64,000 nucleotides of DNA, taken from positions 1 through 64,000 of IMG/VR virus record IMGVR_UViG_3300042914_003164; one strand, written 5' to 3'. The translations under genes and the position numbers were made by a program. The notes below the pieces were generated by a model that had not been told where the DNA came from, made no database searches, and saw only the letters and a program-made list of their open reading frames with translations. This document shows positions 33,711 through 43,644 of the stretch, in pieces (the first letter of the stretch is position 1; the number at the start of each line of letters is the position of its first letter). The DNA comes from a virus.

Positions 33711-34028
33711 ATGAGAAGCCTGTCAGATGAAATTGTTTACAGGATTTTGACGGAGACGTGCAACAACTCTGAAATGGCAAGGAGGGTTGGCACTACAAGG
33801 CAAACGGTTCAGCAGATAAGGACTGGAAAAATCTATTCAAGTCTTTTTCCAGAAATACCCAGAAATACAGGCACTGGTAACATGAGTTGCTATAAGTGTT
33901 ATCACAGAAGGAAAAATGTTTCGGAAGGGGATCCGAATCCATGCTCCTTTGATTTTCCAGAGCCACTTATAGTTGGAGTTTTTTATGCCAGGGAGTGCAA
34001 TCTTTTTCAGTCCTCTTCTGCTGGCTAG
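33711..34028 (+). CDS. HTH plus Cys-cluster protein
   Basis: NSEMARRVGTTRQTVQQIRTG HTH; C..C...C...C. Confidence 0.6.
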   Translation: MRSLSDEIVYRILTETCNNSEMARRVGTTRQTVQQIRTGKIYSSLFPEIPRNTGTGNMSCYKCYHRRKNVSEGDPNPCSFDFPEPLIVGVFYARECNLFQSSSAG

Positions 34029-34052
34029 AATGCGCTATCTGTTTCCCTTGAA

Positions 34053-35456
34053 GTGCCGGGAAGAACGAGGGCGAACGCTTACATAGACAGGGCCGCAGTG
34101 AGAGGTCTTGGCCTACTTTCCGATCCAACACTGCTGCAGAAGCTAAAGCGGAGGTCGAATACCACATTCGATGTAGATGCGGCAGAAGCTCGCATGGTTA
34201 ATAACCTACTTCCCTATCAGAAAGATTTTGTATGTGACTTTGATCATAAGTATGTAGGTTTCTGTGGGGGCTATGGCTCAGGTAAGAGCTATTCCCTTGT
34301 TGTAAAACAATTACTTTTATGTTTCCGGTCTCAGGGTTTTACACATCTCTTTCTTGAGCCGACCATTCCACTGATTGATGACGTAGCGCTTCCGACTTGG
34401 AATCTTGTACTTGAGAAGTACGGGATTCCCCACTCGTTCAGGGTGTCTCCGCGTCCGGTCTTCACTCTACATCTTCCCGGCGGGGAAACCCCTGTGCTCT
34501 TGCGCTCGATGGAGAACTTTGAGCGCCTGATTGGTGTGAACGCCGCATCTATTGCATCAGACGAGACAGATACTACAAGGGCGGAAATTGCCGAAAAGGC
34601 GATGATCAAACTGCAGGGTCGTGTTCGTGTTGGCAACTGCCCTCAAATTGTAGCTGCATCTACGCCAGAAGGATATGGCTGGATGTACTCGTTTTTTGAA
34701 GAACAAAAAGCTGACAACAAAAAGCTTTACAGGGGCAAGTCTGAGGACAACCCATACCTAGATCCAGGATTCGTGGAGGATCTCAAAACGAAGTATCATC
34801 CGCAGCTGATTAAGGCGTACCTGAATGGAGAGTTTGTCAATCTTGAGTCGGCAACTGTGTTTTATGAGTTCAACCGCGAACTCCATACGACTGGTGTTTT
34901 TCTTCCAGAAAAGGGCGAAAGAATTGTATTTGGAGTTGACTTCAACGTTGGTCAGTGCCACGCTGTTTACGGAGTTGTAAGGCCGGGGCAAAAGGGTCAG
35001 CAGCTCCATTGCTTTGCGGAATCGAAAGTCGCGGACACTTTTGCTCTGGTCGCACATTTGCAAAAGACATACCCATTCCATCTGTCAAGAGGGAAAATCA
35101 CCTGCTACCCAGATGCCAGTGGATCCCACGATTCAACATCCTCTACCCAGAGTGATCATGAAATTCTCAGATCCGCTGGTATCCAGGTGGTGACTGAGCG
35201 CAGGAATCCGCCCATCGCGGAAACACTTGCACATGCCAATGTTCACATGCACCGTGGACTGGTTTTGATCAACCCGACGACATGCCAGAGCACCATAAGC
35301 GCGACCGAGCGATGGTCTTACGATTCTAAAACGCTCAAGCCCGCAAAGGGTGGTGCTACTGATTACTCACACCCAGGAGATGCTCTTAGGTATCTGATTT
35401 GGCAAGTATTCCTACGGGCTGGTGCAAGAGCTGGTCACGGTGGTCGCTGGCGTTGA
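34053..35456 (+). CDS. terL: terminase large subunit
   Basis: Walker A GGYGSGKS, Walker B ASDE, STPEG, DNPYL, nuclease GVDFN and HPGDALRY. Confidence 0.92.
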   Translation: MPGRTRANAYIDRAAVRGLGLLSDPTLLQKLKRRSNTTFDVDAAEARMVNNLLPYQKDFVCDFDHKYVGFCGGYGSGKSYSLVVKQLLLCFRSQGFTHLFLEPTIPLIDDVALPTWNLVLEKYGIPHSFRVSPRPVFTLHLPGGETPVLLRSMENFERLIGVNAASIASDETDTTRAEIAEKAMIKLQGRVRVGNCPQIVAASTPEGYGWMYSFFEEQKADNKKLYRGKSEDNPYLDPGFVEDLKTKYHPQLIKAYLNGEFVNLESATVFYEFNRELHTTGVFLPEKGERIVFGVDFNVGQCHAVYGVVRPGQKGQQLHCFAESKVADTFALVAHLQKTYPFHLSRGKITCYPDASGSHDSTSSTQSDHEILRSAGIQVVTERRNPPIAETLAHANVHMHRGLVLINPTTCQSTISATERWSYDSKTLKPAKGGATDYSHPGDALRYLIWQVFLRAGARAGHGGRWR

Positions 35457-35467
35457 TAGAATTTTGC

Positions 35468-35545
35468 TGCACCAGCGGTTCAACCTGGGGCGGGGGCCGA
35501 CGACGCGAACCGCTGTAAAGCCTTCCGAGAAATCGGGGGGCTTTG
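35468..35545 (+). ncRNA. candidate small RNA between terL and portal
   Basis: TG-A-TAGAAT at 35454-62, 9-bp stem CAGCGGTTC/GAACCGCTG, then terminator-like hairpin. Confidence 0.35.
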
Positions 35546-35593
35546 TGCTGCGGTCTGTCGCTACAATCACCGCAAGGCTTTTGGACAACTTTC

Positions 35594-37276
35594 GTGATTG
35601 ACGTTCCAAATTCTATTGTCCTAAGCGCGGATGATCTGCCGGTCCCCTTCGACCGGCGTGATCCTAATACGGAAAGTGTCTACTCGTCAGTCACAGATGT
35701 AGACGCATACTCGATTGATCAGGCCGAACAGATTTCAAGAGTCCTGCCAATCAAGTTTTGCGTGCTGCCAGAGTTTTACCTGGATGAAGCTATCAGCGAT
35801 AGCATACCGCAGGATTTTAGGGAGCACAACGACAGCTACAACGTTCGGAAGACAAGGGCGCTTTCGTGTTTTGAATCCTTCTATTCTCACTATGTTGACA
35901 TCGTTGTTGGTACTGCTCTTCGCAAAGGTGTTATCACGCCGCCAGAGGTTCCAGCTACCTGGGAGAAATTTTTCAAGAATGTAAATCTTGAAGGTAAGTC
36001 GATAACCTCTTTTACCAAGACTCTTTTCACCGAAGCCCTTAATGGTGGCATTGCCGGTTTGATGGCGGACTACCCCCGCGTTACAGATCAGGATCGGGCG
36101 GCACAGCGAAGAATGAATCTTCGGCCATATTTTACTGTTATTAAAGTAGATGACATTCTTGACTGTCGCCACGAAAATGGTCCGGTAACAATTAACGGCG
36201 TAACCTCTTACGAAACAAAAGTTATTTACCTGAGAATCAAATCAGAGATTAGACGTGCCAGCGCAACTAACGAACACTTTGAGGAGGTTGTGCCAACGGT
36301 TGTCGTCTATGACATTCCAGAACCAGAGTCAGAAGAGATTCCAAAAAGAGTTCGTGTAAGAATTTACGAAAAAAAGCTATCAAGCAATACAAATGAGTAC
36401 ATTCTTCCTCAGGAGAATATCGGTTTTCTTTCTATTGAGTATATCCCCTTTGTACCTTGTTACGGAGGGAAGGAAGAGGCTTTCTGTCGAGCGAGGCCGC
36501 TTCTATTTGACATTGCACGCCTCAATCTTCATCACTGGGCAACGTGTGCGGACCTGTCTGAAACGATTCACCTTAACGCTTCGCCAATGCTTACAGGTAC
36601 TGGTGTTAAACCAGAAGAAGAGATTTACTCTGGATCTGGTCGCAGCCTGTTCAGTCAAGACCCAAATGCAAGATTTGGTATGTTGAGACCCGGCATGGAG
36701 GGTGCCGAGACGACCCTGAAAGAGCTTGCGCGTATTGAAAGCGCAATGGACAGGCTTGCAGCAATCGCAATTGCCCCTGGTAAAACTCAGGTTGAATCCG
36801 GCTTTGCAAAGTTACTTGACAGATCGCAGTCGGATTCGCAGCTCGCTGTTCTCGTGGGCTCTTTGCAGGACTGCCTGAACCGCGCCCTTTGGTATGCCTC
36901 TGGTTACAGACCAGATGACTACCCAATCGTTGAAATCATTATTAGCAAAAACTTTATCCCTGCTAAGCTACACAGCCAACAGGTAATGGCAGTAAGCTCT
37001 CTCTATAGGGATTCTGGGGCTATCCCGATTAGGGAGTTTCTTGAAATACTGGAAGCTGGCGAAATGTTTGAAGGTATTCACGGTTTCAATGTTCCTAAGC
37101 TTCTTGAGCGCATGGGGCTGACAGGTGATGAGCGCTACGTCGAGGCGTCCCCCGAGCCCGCACGGGAGCCGACTCGCAATCCGACCATCAGGGTCCAAAA
37201 CCTGATGGAGGAGTCTGCCGGTAATTCGCTGGAAGGGGAATCGGCTGAAGGGGCCGTAGAAAATCCTGAAGGGTGA
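35594..37276 (+). CDS. portal protein (DUF4055-type)
   Basis: Follows TerL; 'Y..RK.RA', 'IPFV', 'PLLFDIARLNLHHW' motifs; start GTG 35594. Confidence 0.85.
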   Translation: MIDVPNSIVLSADDLPVPFDRRDPNTESVYSSVTDVDAYSIDQAEQISRVLPIKFCVLPEFYLDEAISDSIPQDFREHNDSYNVRKTRALSCFESFYSHYVDIVVGTALRKGVITPPEVPATWEKFFKNVNLEGKSITSFTKTLFTEALNGGIAGLMADYPRVTDQDRAAQRRMNLRPYFTVIKVDDILDCRHENGPVTINGVTSYETKVIYLRIKSEIRRASATNEHFEEVVPTVVVYDIPEPESEEIPKRVRVRIYEKKLSSNTNEYILPQENIGFLSIEYIPFVPCYGGKEEAFCRARPLLFDIARLNLHHWATCADLSETIHLNASPMLTGTGVKPEEEIYSGSGRSLFSQDPNARFGMLRPGMEGAETTLKELARIESAMDRLAAIAIAPGKTQVESGFAKLLDRSQSDSQLAVLVGSLQDCLNRALWYASGYRPDDYPIVEIIISKNFIPAKLHSQQVMAVSSLYRDSGAIPIREFLEILEAGEMFEGIHGFNVPKLLERMGLTGDERYVEASPEPAREPTRNPTIRVQNLMEESAGNSLEGESAEGAVENPEG

Positions 37277-37307
37277 GCTATAGTCTCAATAGTCTCGTTT
37301 TGACTTT

Positions 37308-38147
37308 GTGGAACTGACCCCGGAACAGGCGCTTGCCAGGCTTCAGGAAACTGAGGCCAGGCTGCAAGAGAGCCAGACCAAGCTTGAGGCTCTGGAGCGG
37401 ACGAAGACCGGCCTTCTTAACGACCTGACCAAGCGCAAAAGCGTTGAGCGGCTGGTGAGGGCTGCCGGTATCGACCTTGAGGCCGATAACCTTGAGGATC
37501 AGGTTGCCGAGGTTCTTGGTAAGCGCCCTGCTGCGCCCCCCGCTGCGCCACCGACCCCTCCCTCTGGCGATGGAGCGAATCCCGAACCGCCTGCGCCTGG
37601 CGGCAACAGCAGCGAAGAGGCGCTGAAGGCGCGTCTCGCCACGATGGAGCGAATGCTGGAGAAGATGTCGGACAAGCTTCAGCAGACGGAGAAGGAGAAG
37701 CAGCAAGAGCGCAAAGCGCGACTTGAGGAATATCAGAGGTCGGTTGTTGTTCAAGAGCTTGAAAAAGTTGGTTGCAAGCGCCCTCACCATCTCTATGAGC
37801 TGCAGAAAAGAAACTTTCGCATACTGGAGGGACCGGATGGAACCCATGAAGTGGTCTTCGGCACCGAAGAAAACCCGGTGAACGTTGCAGGTGCCGTCTC
37901 GGACTTTGAAAAGGATGACGAGTATTCGATCTACTTTCCGAGTATTGTTGCAAGTGGATCGGGACTCCCCACATCCCGCTCTTCCATGCCTGCCAGCTCC
38001 AATCCATTCACCAAGACTGGCAGCAACGGAACTGAAGCATCACGGATTATGGCAAGCGACATGGCCCTGGCCCGCAAGCTTGCACGCGAAGCTCGTGGAC
38101 GTGGTGACTTCGATCCCATCCTTTGCGGAACCGTTGACAAGCGCTGA
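37308..38147 (+). CDS. capsid scaffolding protein
   Basis: Coiled coil, Pro-rich linker, C-terminal SGSG..NPF; located between portal and capsid. Confidence 0.7.
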   Translation: MELTPEQALARLQETEARLQESQTKLEALERTKTGLLNDLTKRKSVERLVRAAGIDLEADNLEDQVAEVLGKRPAAPPAAPPTPPSGDGANPEPPAPGGNSSEEALKARLATMERMLEKMSDKLQQTEKEKQQERKARLEEYQRSVVVQELEKVGCKRPHHLYELQKRNFRILEGPDGTHEVVFGTEENPVNVAGAVSDFEKDDEYSIYFPSIVASGSGLPTSRSSMPASSNPFTKTGSNGTEASRIMASDMALARKLAREARGRGDFDPILCGTVDKR

Positions 38148-38173
38148 GCGTTCAGCTGCACCATCTTGCATTC

Positions 38174-38195
38174 GGCCCCGAAAGGGGCCTTTTTT
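38174..38195 (+). terminator. rho-independent terminator
   Basis: GGCCCC-GAAA-GGGGCC TTTTTT. Confidence 0.85.
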
Positions 38196-38232
38196 ATGGC
38201 CTACCCTTGGGGCAGCGATGCCCAGACAGACC

Positions 38233-38406
38233 ATGCCAATGAAAAAGGGCAAATCCCAGAAGACTATTTCTAAGAACGTCTCTACTCTCAGGAAAGAAGG
38301 CTATCCCGAAAAACAGGCCGTAGCAATTGCTATGAACAAGGCCGGCATGAACAAGAAAAAGCCAAAGCCAAAGGGAAAGGGTAAGAAATACGGTAAAGCA
38401 AGGTGA
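38233..38406 (+). CDS. small basic protein
   Basis: [34 protein letters not shown], widespread phage motif. Confidence 0.7.
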   Translation: MPMKKGKSQKTISKNVSTLRKEGYPEKQAVAIAMNKAGMNKKKPKPKGKGKKYGKAR

Positions 38407-38573
38407 AAAGGAACATCCCCACTGACAAGGCTTTGTATGCTCGGGTCAAGGCTGAAGCAAAAAGAAAATTTAAGGTCTATCCGAGTGTTTATGCAAATTC
38501 TTGGCTTGTTCGTGAGTACAAGAAACGCGGCGGCGGCTACAGAAGCCGAGAGGTGAAAGGTGGCAAAAAGTAG
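38403..38573 (+). CDS. small basic protein (56 aa, not in ORF track; DUF5872-like)
   Basis: [41 protein letters not shown]. Confidence 0.7.
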   Translation: MKRNIPTDKALYARVKAEAKRKFKVYPSVYANSWLVREYKKRGGGYRSREVKGGKK

Positions 38574-38823
38574 AAAGCCGAGGGGCGGCCTTGGTCGCTG
38601 GTTTGCCGAAAAGTGGATTGACGTAAAAACCGGAAAGCCATGCGGTAGACAGGCTGGCGAAAAACGCCGAAGCTACCCAGCCTGTCGGCCATCAAAGCGG
38701 GTTTCAGTCGATACCCCAAAAACAGCCGGAGAGCTATCGAAAAAAGAGAAAGAAAAGTTCAAGCGCGAAAAGACAGGCTCCAAGCGAATTGGCTATCAGC
38801 ATAAGCGCAAAAAGCGGTCCTAG
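38560..38823 (+). CDS. small basic protein (DUF5872-associated)
   Basis: GLGRWFAEKWIDVKTGKPCGR...YPACRP. Confidence 0.7.
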   Translation: MAKSRKPRGGLGRWFAEKWIDVKTGKPCGRQAGEKRRSYPACRPSKRVSVDTPKTAGELSKKEKEKFKREKTGSKRIGYQHKRKKRS

Positions 38824-38846
38824 CATTAGCTGGAGGCACGAGAGAA

Positions 38847-39149
38847 ATGGCCCCTCGCCCTGTCAAAAACAAGCGCCGCACTGCGGCTTACTATGCGGCT
38901 AACCCGGAAGCTCGCAAAAAGAAAGCTGCCTATGATAAGAAGTATCACTCTACGCCGGAGCGCAGAAAGTATAGAGCGGCCTTGTCTGCAGAGCGCAGGG
39001 CGAGGGGTATTGATGGCAAGGGCGGCGGTGATCTGAGTCACACAACTGGCGGGGGGTTTAAGCGAGAGAACCCGTCAACCAATCGCGCAAGAAATGGCCA
39101 TGGTGGCAGGCGCAGATTGGCCAAGAGTGGTCGCAGGCCGCGCCGCTAA
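38847..39149 (+). CDS. small basic HNH-like protein
   Basis: G.DLSH..GG....ENPSTNRARN. Confidence 0.55.
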   Translation: MAPRPVKNKRRTAAYYAANPEARKKKAAYDKKYHSTPERRKYRAALSAERRARGIDGKGGGDLSHTTGGGFKRENPSTNRARNGHGGRRRLAKSGRRPRR

Positions 39150-39173
39150 CCTTGCGAAAAAGGAAGCAGAACC

Positions 39174-39506
39174 ATGGCAGTTCCAGAGCGCGTCAAAAGC
39201 AAAATGAAAGAGCTTGTGCTTTCTGGTGTAAACAAGCCAAAGAAAACCCCAGGCCACAAGACCAAATCACATGTTGTAATGGCCAAGGAGGGCGAGAAGT
39301 ACAAGCTGATTCGGTTTGGTCAGCAAGGAGTTGTTGGAGCTGGCAAAAAGCCAAAAACAAAAGCTGAAAAAATGCGCCGCAGACTTTACTATGAGCGCCA
39401 TAACGCTCAAGACCCAAATCCATCAAAGCTTTCGGCTCGCTACTGGAGCAATGTTACAAAATGGGCAGTTATCTTATGTTTAGCCGCCAGCCAAGTTACT
39501 ACATGA
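39174..39506 (+). CDS. small basic protein
   Basis: NKPKKTPGH.TKSHVV.AK.G...KLIRFGQQG...RH...SARYW. Confidence 0.7.
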   Translation: MAVPERVKSKMKELVLSGVNKPKKTPGHKTKSHVVMAKEGEKYKLIRFGQQGVVGAGKKPKTKAEKMRRRLYYERHNAQDPNPSKLSARYWSNVTKWAVILCLAASQVTT

Positions 39507-39561
39507 GTGCTGATTGACCGAAGATGATCACTAGAATAAAGGCGTTCCGTTTTTTCTTCAA

Positions 39562-39783
39562 ATGGCTGTCATCCTTACCGGCTCCAGCGACTCCTGCCTT
39601 GAAATCGCAAAGCGAATTGGACTTGAAGGGGTTGACCATATTTCCAGCTTTTCAATTCACTTTGACGCTGATAGCGCAGTCTATGTGAAGGCTACTTACT
39701 ACCCGGACAAGGAACAGGTCGAGGCCCTTGCTGATTTTATCGCTGAACGAAAGTTCAGGGTTTTGGAGGAGGCTGCTGAGTAA
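39562..39783 (+). CDS. hypothetical protein
   Basis: ORF after TAGAAT -10. Confidence 0.55.
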   Translation: MAVILTGSSDSCLEIAKRIGLEGVDHISSFSIHFDADSAVYVKATYYPDKEQVEALADFIAERKFRVLEEAAE

Positions 39784-39805
39784 AGAAACAGGATGGCGGC
39801 AGGTT

Positions 39806-40009
39806 TCACGCATGGTCAGAATTCTCCTGACTCTTAATCCACTCTTTCAATTCAGTTACATATCTGCGAAGCTCTGCCGCTTTCAGGACGTGCCATTTCT
39901 CCCCGGTCTTAAAATACAGGGAGTTATGTAAATCTATTGCCTTCAGGCAATGATGAATTATGGGATTCCATCCCTCACGCACGGGGGTATCCCAAGTTCG
40001 CCTTTCCAT
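39806..40009 (-). CDS. conserved cyanophage hypothetical protein
   Basis: R.WDTPVRE.WNP.I...LKAID.H...Y..TG..WH...A..LR.YV.ELK.WI. Confidence 0.7.
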   Translation of the reverse strand: MERRTWDTPVREGWNPIIHHCLKAIDLHNSLYFKTGEKWHVLKAAELRRYVTELKEWIKSQENSDHA

Positions 40010-40097
40010 TGCCTTAGTGTTTACGGCCCAAGTCTAGGTGGGCAGAGGGGTTCCCACCAGCGCCCTAGACTTCGACCAGAGCCAACCCCTTGATCCA

Positions 40098-40403
40098 ATG
40101 ACCGTCTCTGGCGTTCTCCGCACTACCACCAACATGCGTGGTATGCAGTCTGCTTCCGCAGTTGATGAGATCCTGTCTGCAATCACACTTTGCACTCGGG
40201 GCATGAAAAACTGGACTTTTGTTTTGCCCGACGCCTTTACTGCTGCTCAGTTGAATCAGCTCCTGGCTTCCGCCCCCACCGTGGCCGCGTCGCCCGCCAA
40301 GACGATCACCGCCGCTGGCACCGCTGGGTGGGCCGCCTTGTCTGCCGGTGAAAAGACCGCGATGACTGCCGCCTTCCTTGCAAAGGGTTACACCCAGAAC
40401 TAA
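40098..40403 (+). CDS. possible virion/decoration protein
   Basis: Ala/Thr-rich, codon usage like capsid gene, own terminator. Confidence 0.5.
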   Translation: MTVSGVLRTTTNMRGMQSASAVDEILSAITLCTRGMKNWTFVLPDAFTAAQLNQLLASAPTVAASPAKTITAAGTAGWAALSAGEKTAMTAAFLAKGYTQN

Positions 40404-40500
40404 GCGAATGTATTCCTTGACACAGTGAGTTTTGCTGGTCTGCAAACATTTCTTGTTTTCAGGTTCAGAAGAATTTAACTTATCACTGTCATGAGAGTTT

Positions 40501-40530
40501 GGCTGGGGGTGAGACCCCGGCCTTTTTCTT
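40501..40530 (+). terminator. rho-independent terminator
   Basis: GGCTGGGG-gtgaga-CCCCGGCC TTTTT. Confidence 0.75.
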
Positions 40531-40542
40531 TGGCTACTATTT

Positions 40543-40640
40543 GGGGGAGAGAGGCAGTGCCTCGCAGCAAGGGCCTGAACGGTCCAGCAGCAGTGCTGTG
40601 AAGCTGAATCAACGGCGGCCTAGCCGCAGATTTATCCCCT
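40543..40640 (+). promoter_or_regulatory. structured 5' leader of capsid gene
   Basis: Four short hairpins, two with a GC-AGT-GC apex. Confidence 0.55.
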
Positions 40641-40653
40641 CGCTTTCAAAACA

Positions 40654-41646
40654 ATGCTTCTCGCAGGTGTTCCCCTTATCCCTGAGCTTTTCCTTGGCTA
40701 TCAGCAGGAAGAGATCAAGGACAAAAACGCTCTCGTGACCTCTGGCCTCATGGTCACGAACGGCGCCATCCAAGAAGAATTCCAGAAAGGTGGCAAGACT
40801 ATTGACCTTCCTTTCTTCGGTGATCTCGGCGGTGATTCGGAGATTGACTCTGACACCGTGCCTTCCGTGCCCGAGGACATTGCCGGTGATCTCCAGGTTG
40901 GCGTGCGCCTGATGCGCCGGAAATCCTGGAAGTCCAGCGACCTTGCTGCTGATCTGTCCGGTTCTGACCCTGCTCAGGCAATCGCCCGTAGCACTGGTCG
41001 CTACTGGATCCGTGACATGCAGAAGAGCTGCACCAGCATCCTGCGCGGTGTGTTCGGAAGCGGCGGCCCCCTGGTCACAAGCCACTCTGTTGGCGGCACA
41101 GGCGAAGCTCTTTCGCAAAGTCTGATGGTTGCTGGTATCGCCAAGCTTGGTGACGCTGGTGATGAGCTGACCGGCGTGATGATGCACTCTCAGGTCTTCT
41201 ATGCCCTGATGAATCTGGATCTGATCGTTCCCGCCAGCCAGACCTCTCAGATCGACACCCGCCTGTCTGCTGAGGCTCTGGAGCGCCCCACCTACCTGGG
41301 CCGCCCGGTGTTTGTGGATGACAAGCTGCCCTTCGACCTGAGTGCTGGCACTGGTGGTGGTAGCGGTAAGACCGTGTATCACACCTACTTCTTCGGCCCC
41401 GGCGCTTTCGCCTATGCAACCGCTCCGGCCAAGAATCCGGTTGAAACCGATCGGGACAAGTTCCTTGGGATTGACTTCCTGATCAATCGCACCCACTACT
41501 TGGTACATCCCAACGGGATCTCTTGGACCGGCAACGCAGCCGCCAACGCTCCGAGCAACGCCGAACTGCAAACTTCTGCCAACTGGAAGAAGGTGTTCGA
41601 CGACGACCGCAACATTCGGATCACCCGAATGCTCTGCTACGTCTGA
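40654..41646 (+). CDS. major capsid protein
   Basis: 330 aa; 'GGKTIDLPFFGDL', 'DLAADLSGSDP..AIA', 'MHSQVF..L', 'YLGRPVFVDD', 'HPNGISW' coat-protein motifs. Confidence 0.9.
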   Translation: MLLAGVPLIPELFLGYQQEEIKDKNALVTSGLMVTNGAIQEEFQKGGKTIDLPFFGDLGGDSEIDSDTVPSVPEDIAGDLQVGVRLMRRKSWKSSDLAADLSGSDPAQAIARSTGRYWIRDMQKSCTSILRGVFGSGGPLVTSHSVGGTGEALSQSLMVAGIAKLGDAGDELTGVMMHSQVFYALMNLDLIVPASQTSQIDTRLSAEALERPTYLGRPVFVDDKLPFDLSAGTGGGSGKTVYHTYFFGPGAFAYATAPAKNPVETDRDKFLGIDFLINRTHYLVHPNGISWTGNAAANAPSNAELQTSANWKKVFDDDRNIRITRMLCYV

Positions 41647-41666
41647 TTGGTCACTGAAGTTCAAAT

Positions 41667-41690
41667 GCCCCGGTTCGCCGGGGCTTCAAT
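41667..41690 (+). terminator. hairpin after capsid gene (weak terminator/stability element)
   Basis: GCCCCGG-TTCG-CCGGGGC with short T tail. Confidence 0.6.
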
Positions 41691-41708
41691 CTTTCTGAGG
41701 ATTCAACC

Positions 41709-41981
41709 ATGAGTGCTGGTACTTTCAGGATGCGACGCGAGGCCGCCGAGCGTGCTGCTGCTGAGCGTGCTGCCCAAGAGGCCGCTTCCGCCCCCGAGCC
41801 CGCCCCCGAGCCCGCCCCGGAGCCCGCCCCGGAGACCGACGAGGAGACCGACGAGGAGGCTGCCGCTCCTGCTGCCGCTTCCGCGCCCGAGCCCGCCCAG
41901 GGGGCCGCCGCAGAGCCGAAGGCGAAACCCGCAGCTACGGTTGCCAAAGCGAAGCCGAGTACCGCTTCTCGGCCCGCCTGA
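41709..41981 (+). CDS. Ala/Glu/Pro low-complexity protein
   Basis: AAER, APEP and ETDE tandem repeats. Confidence 0.65.
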   Translation: MSAGTFRMRREAAERAAAERAAQEAASAPEPAPEPAPEPAPETDEETDEEAAAPAAASAPEPAQGAAAEPKAKPAATVAKAKPSTASRPA

Positions 41982-41989
41982 GGTGAGCC

Positions 41990-42646
41990 ATGGCCTTTGT
42001 CTCGACACTGGGGGCGACTGACGCCAACTCCTACCTGTCGGTAGCAGAGGCCATCGAGCTGCTTGAGGTCTTGCCTCAGAGTTTTGGTGTTGCTGCCTGG
42101 CTGGACTTCACGGAAGAGCAGCAGGAGCAAACGCTGGTAGCTGCAACGATGGCGATCAACCCTTTGCATTGGAAGGGTCAGCCATCCTCTACCGAGCAGA
42201 GTCTTGCGTGGCCCAGGCGCGTCATTGCGGACCACTACTTTGTGGCCGATGACGAGCTGCCGATTGATTTTAAGACTGCCGTTGCCTACATGGCAGCATT
42301 TCTTGGTATCAATGGTGGCTACACAGGAATCGCTAACGCAGACGGCGGCTCTAAGAGGTATCGCAATAGCGAGTATGAAGAGGTTGAGCTTGGCCGAAGT
42401 GATCTAAGGGTCAAGTTTGATAAGAGTGGGGCGCTGCAGACTGGCGCCCTCTTCATACCGCCTTTTTGCATGGACATCTTTGCGCGATACATGATTCGCG
42501 GAGAATTTAACCAGCCCAGGGTCAGAAGGGAATCGAACGCAAGGATTGGTTACAGGGGATTCGTGGCCAGGCAGAAGGCTTCTGGCGTGCGATACATCAA
42601 TGGGCAGCTCTGGCCCTATGGCGGCACCTGGAGCAATAGGTTCTGA
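41990..42646 (+). CDS. head-tail adaptor (DnaT-like family)
   Basis: ANSYLSVAEA...L..AT...QSLAWPR. Confidence 0.75.
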   Translation: MAFVSTLGATDANSYLSVAEAIELLEVLPQSFGVAAWLDFTEEQQEQTLVAATMAINPLHWKGQPSSTEQSLAWPRRVIADHYFVADDELPIDFKTAVAYMAAFLGINGGYTGIANADGGSKRYRNSEYEEVELGRSDLRVKFDKSGALQTGALFIPPFCMDIFARYMIRGEFNQPRVRRESNARIGYRGFVARQKASGVRYINGQLWPYGGTWSNRF

Positions 42647-42648
42647 TC

Positions 42649-43035
42649 ATGTCTCTTGTAGATGACATTTTTGGTGACTTACCTGGCCCGTTAATTGATG
42701 AGTGGGGGATTCCTGGCGTCTACGTCAAGAAGCCTCTTGAGCCTGAGTACGATCCTGATCTGGGGACGTTTGCTGCGACAACCGCGCCTGATGCCAGGGT
42801 GAATGTGAGCATCCTGCCCTTGCAGATTCAGCCCGAAGAGGCAAAGGGTGAGGTTCAGCTTACGGACGTAAAAATCCTGATTGCTGCTGAAAAGCTTGGT
42901 GACTACTACCCCAAGGTTGCAGACTGGATTGAATACTCTCAGGCTGGTGTCACACGAGTCGCCAAAATTGTTGCGCCTACGTCCTACCGTGGAACGGGTC
43001 CAATTCTTCATGCTGTATTTGCGAGGTTGACGTAA
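42649..43035 (+). CDS. head closure/head-tail connector
   Basis: Synteny; YDP..G motif. Confidence 0.6.
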   Translation: MSLVDDIFGDLPGPLIDEWGIPGVYVKKPLEPEYDPDLGTFAATTAPDARVNVSILPLQIQPEEAKGEVQLTDVKILIAAEKLGDYYPKVADWIEYSQAGVTRVAKIVAPTSYRGTGPILHAVFARLT

Positions 43036-43631
43036 TGCAAAGAGCGAATCGACCAACACCAAGAGAGTCTGACCTAAGGCGCAGGGGTAGAGGTGGCTGG
43101 GGCTCGGTTTCTGAAAGAATTAAGAATCGAGTCAACCTTGCAGCCAGACAAGCGGCAGCGAACGTAATGAACGACCTTGCCGAGGCTGGCCCCGCCTATA
43201 GCGGCAAGTTTCGTGATAGTTGGCAGGCTCGTGCGATTGCCACTGGTGCAACTTCAGCCGGTGGCTATCCATACACAACTCGCAGGATTCCTATGCTGCC
43301 GACTACAGCAAGGGAGATGGATCGTGTTGCCGTATTTGAGATTGCAAATACATCTCCTTACGCTCTCTATGCTATGGATTTAATCCCTGGCACATGGAGA
43401 AAACCAAAAGGCGTTGAGCCGCTCGGTGGTATTGATTTTGGCGTCAAATACGGCGATAGAGAAAAAGGAACAACGTTCCGCTGGGAGGTGCAACCCGGAG
43501 ATGGCGATAACGTATCAACTGCGGCGCAGGATTGGTACTCAAACTATGTTCGCGGTGGCGGACTTTCGGATGGCGTGAAAAGAGCCGTGAAGCTTGCCTT
43601 TGGTGCTGGCCCCGGCGTTAACATCAGATAG
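43035..43631 (+). CDS. neck protein (HK97 gp10-like)
   Basis: GPAYSGKFRDSW, IANTSPYA. Confidence 0.65.
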   Translation: MQRANRPTPRESDLRRRGRGGWGSVSERIKNRVNLAARQAAANVMNDLAEAGPAYSGKFRDSWQARAIATGATSAGGYPYTTRRIPMLPTTAREMDRVAVFEIANTSPYALYAMDLIPGTWRKPKGVEPLGGIDFGVKYGDREKGTTFRWEVQPGDGDNVSTAAQDWYSNYVRGGGLSDGVKRAVKLAFGAGPGVNIR

Positions 43632-43644
43632 TTGAGGCAGTGAA

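Noticed and set aside
40609-41664. 351-aa minus-strand ORF (also 8645-9376, 11870-12571, 44073-44684 and those inside the tape measure and fibre genes)
   Set aside because: Antisense shadows of well-supported genes with biased codon usage.
41740-41900. 12-bp tandem repeats as a regulatory array
   Set aside because: In-frame coding repeats (AAER, APEP, ETDE) of a low-complexity protein.
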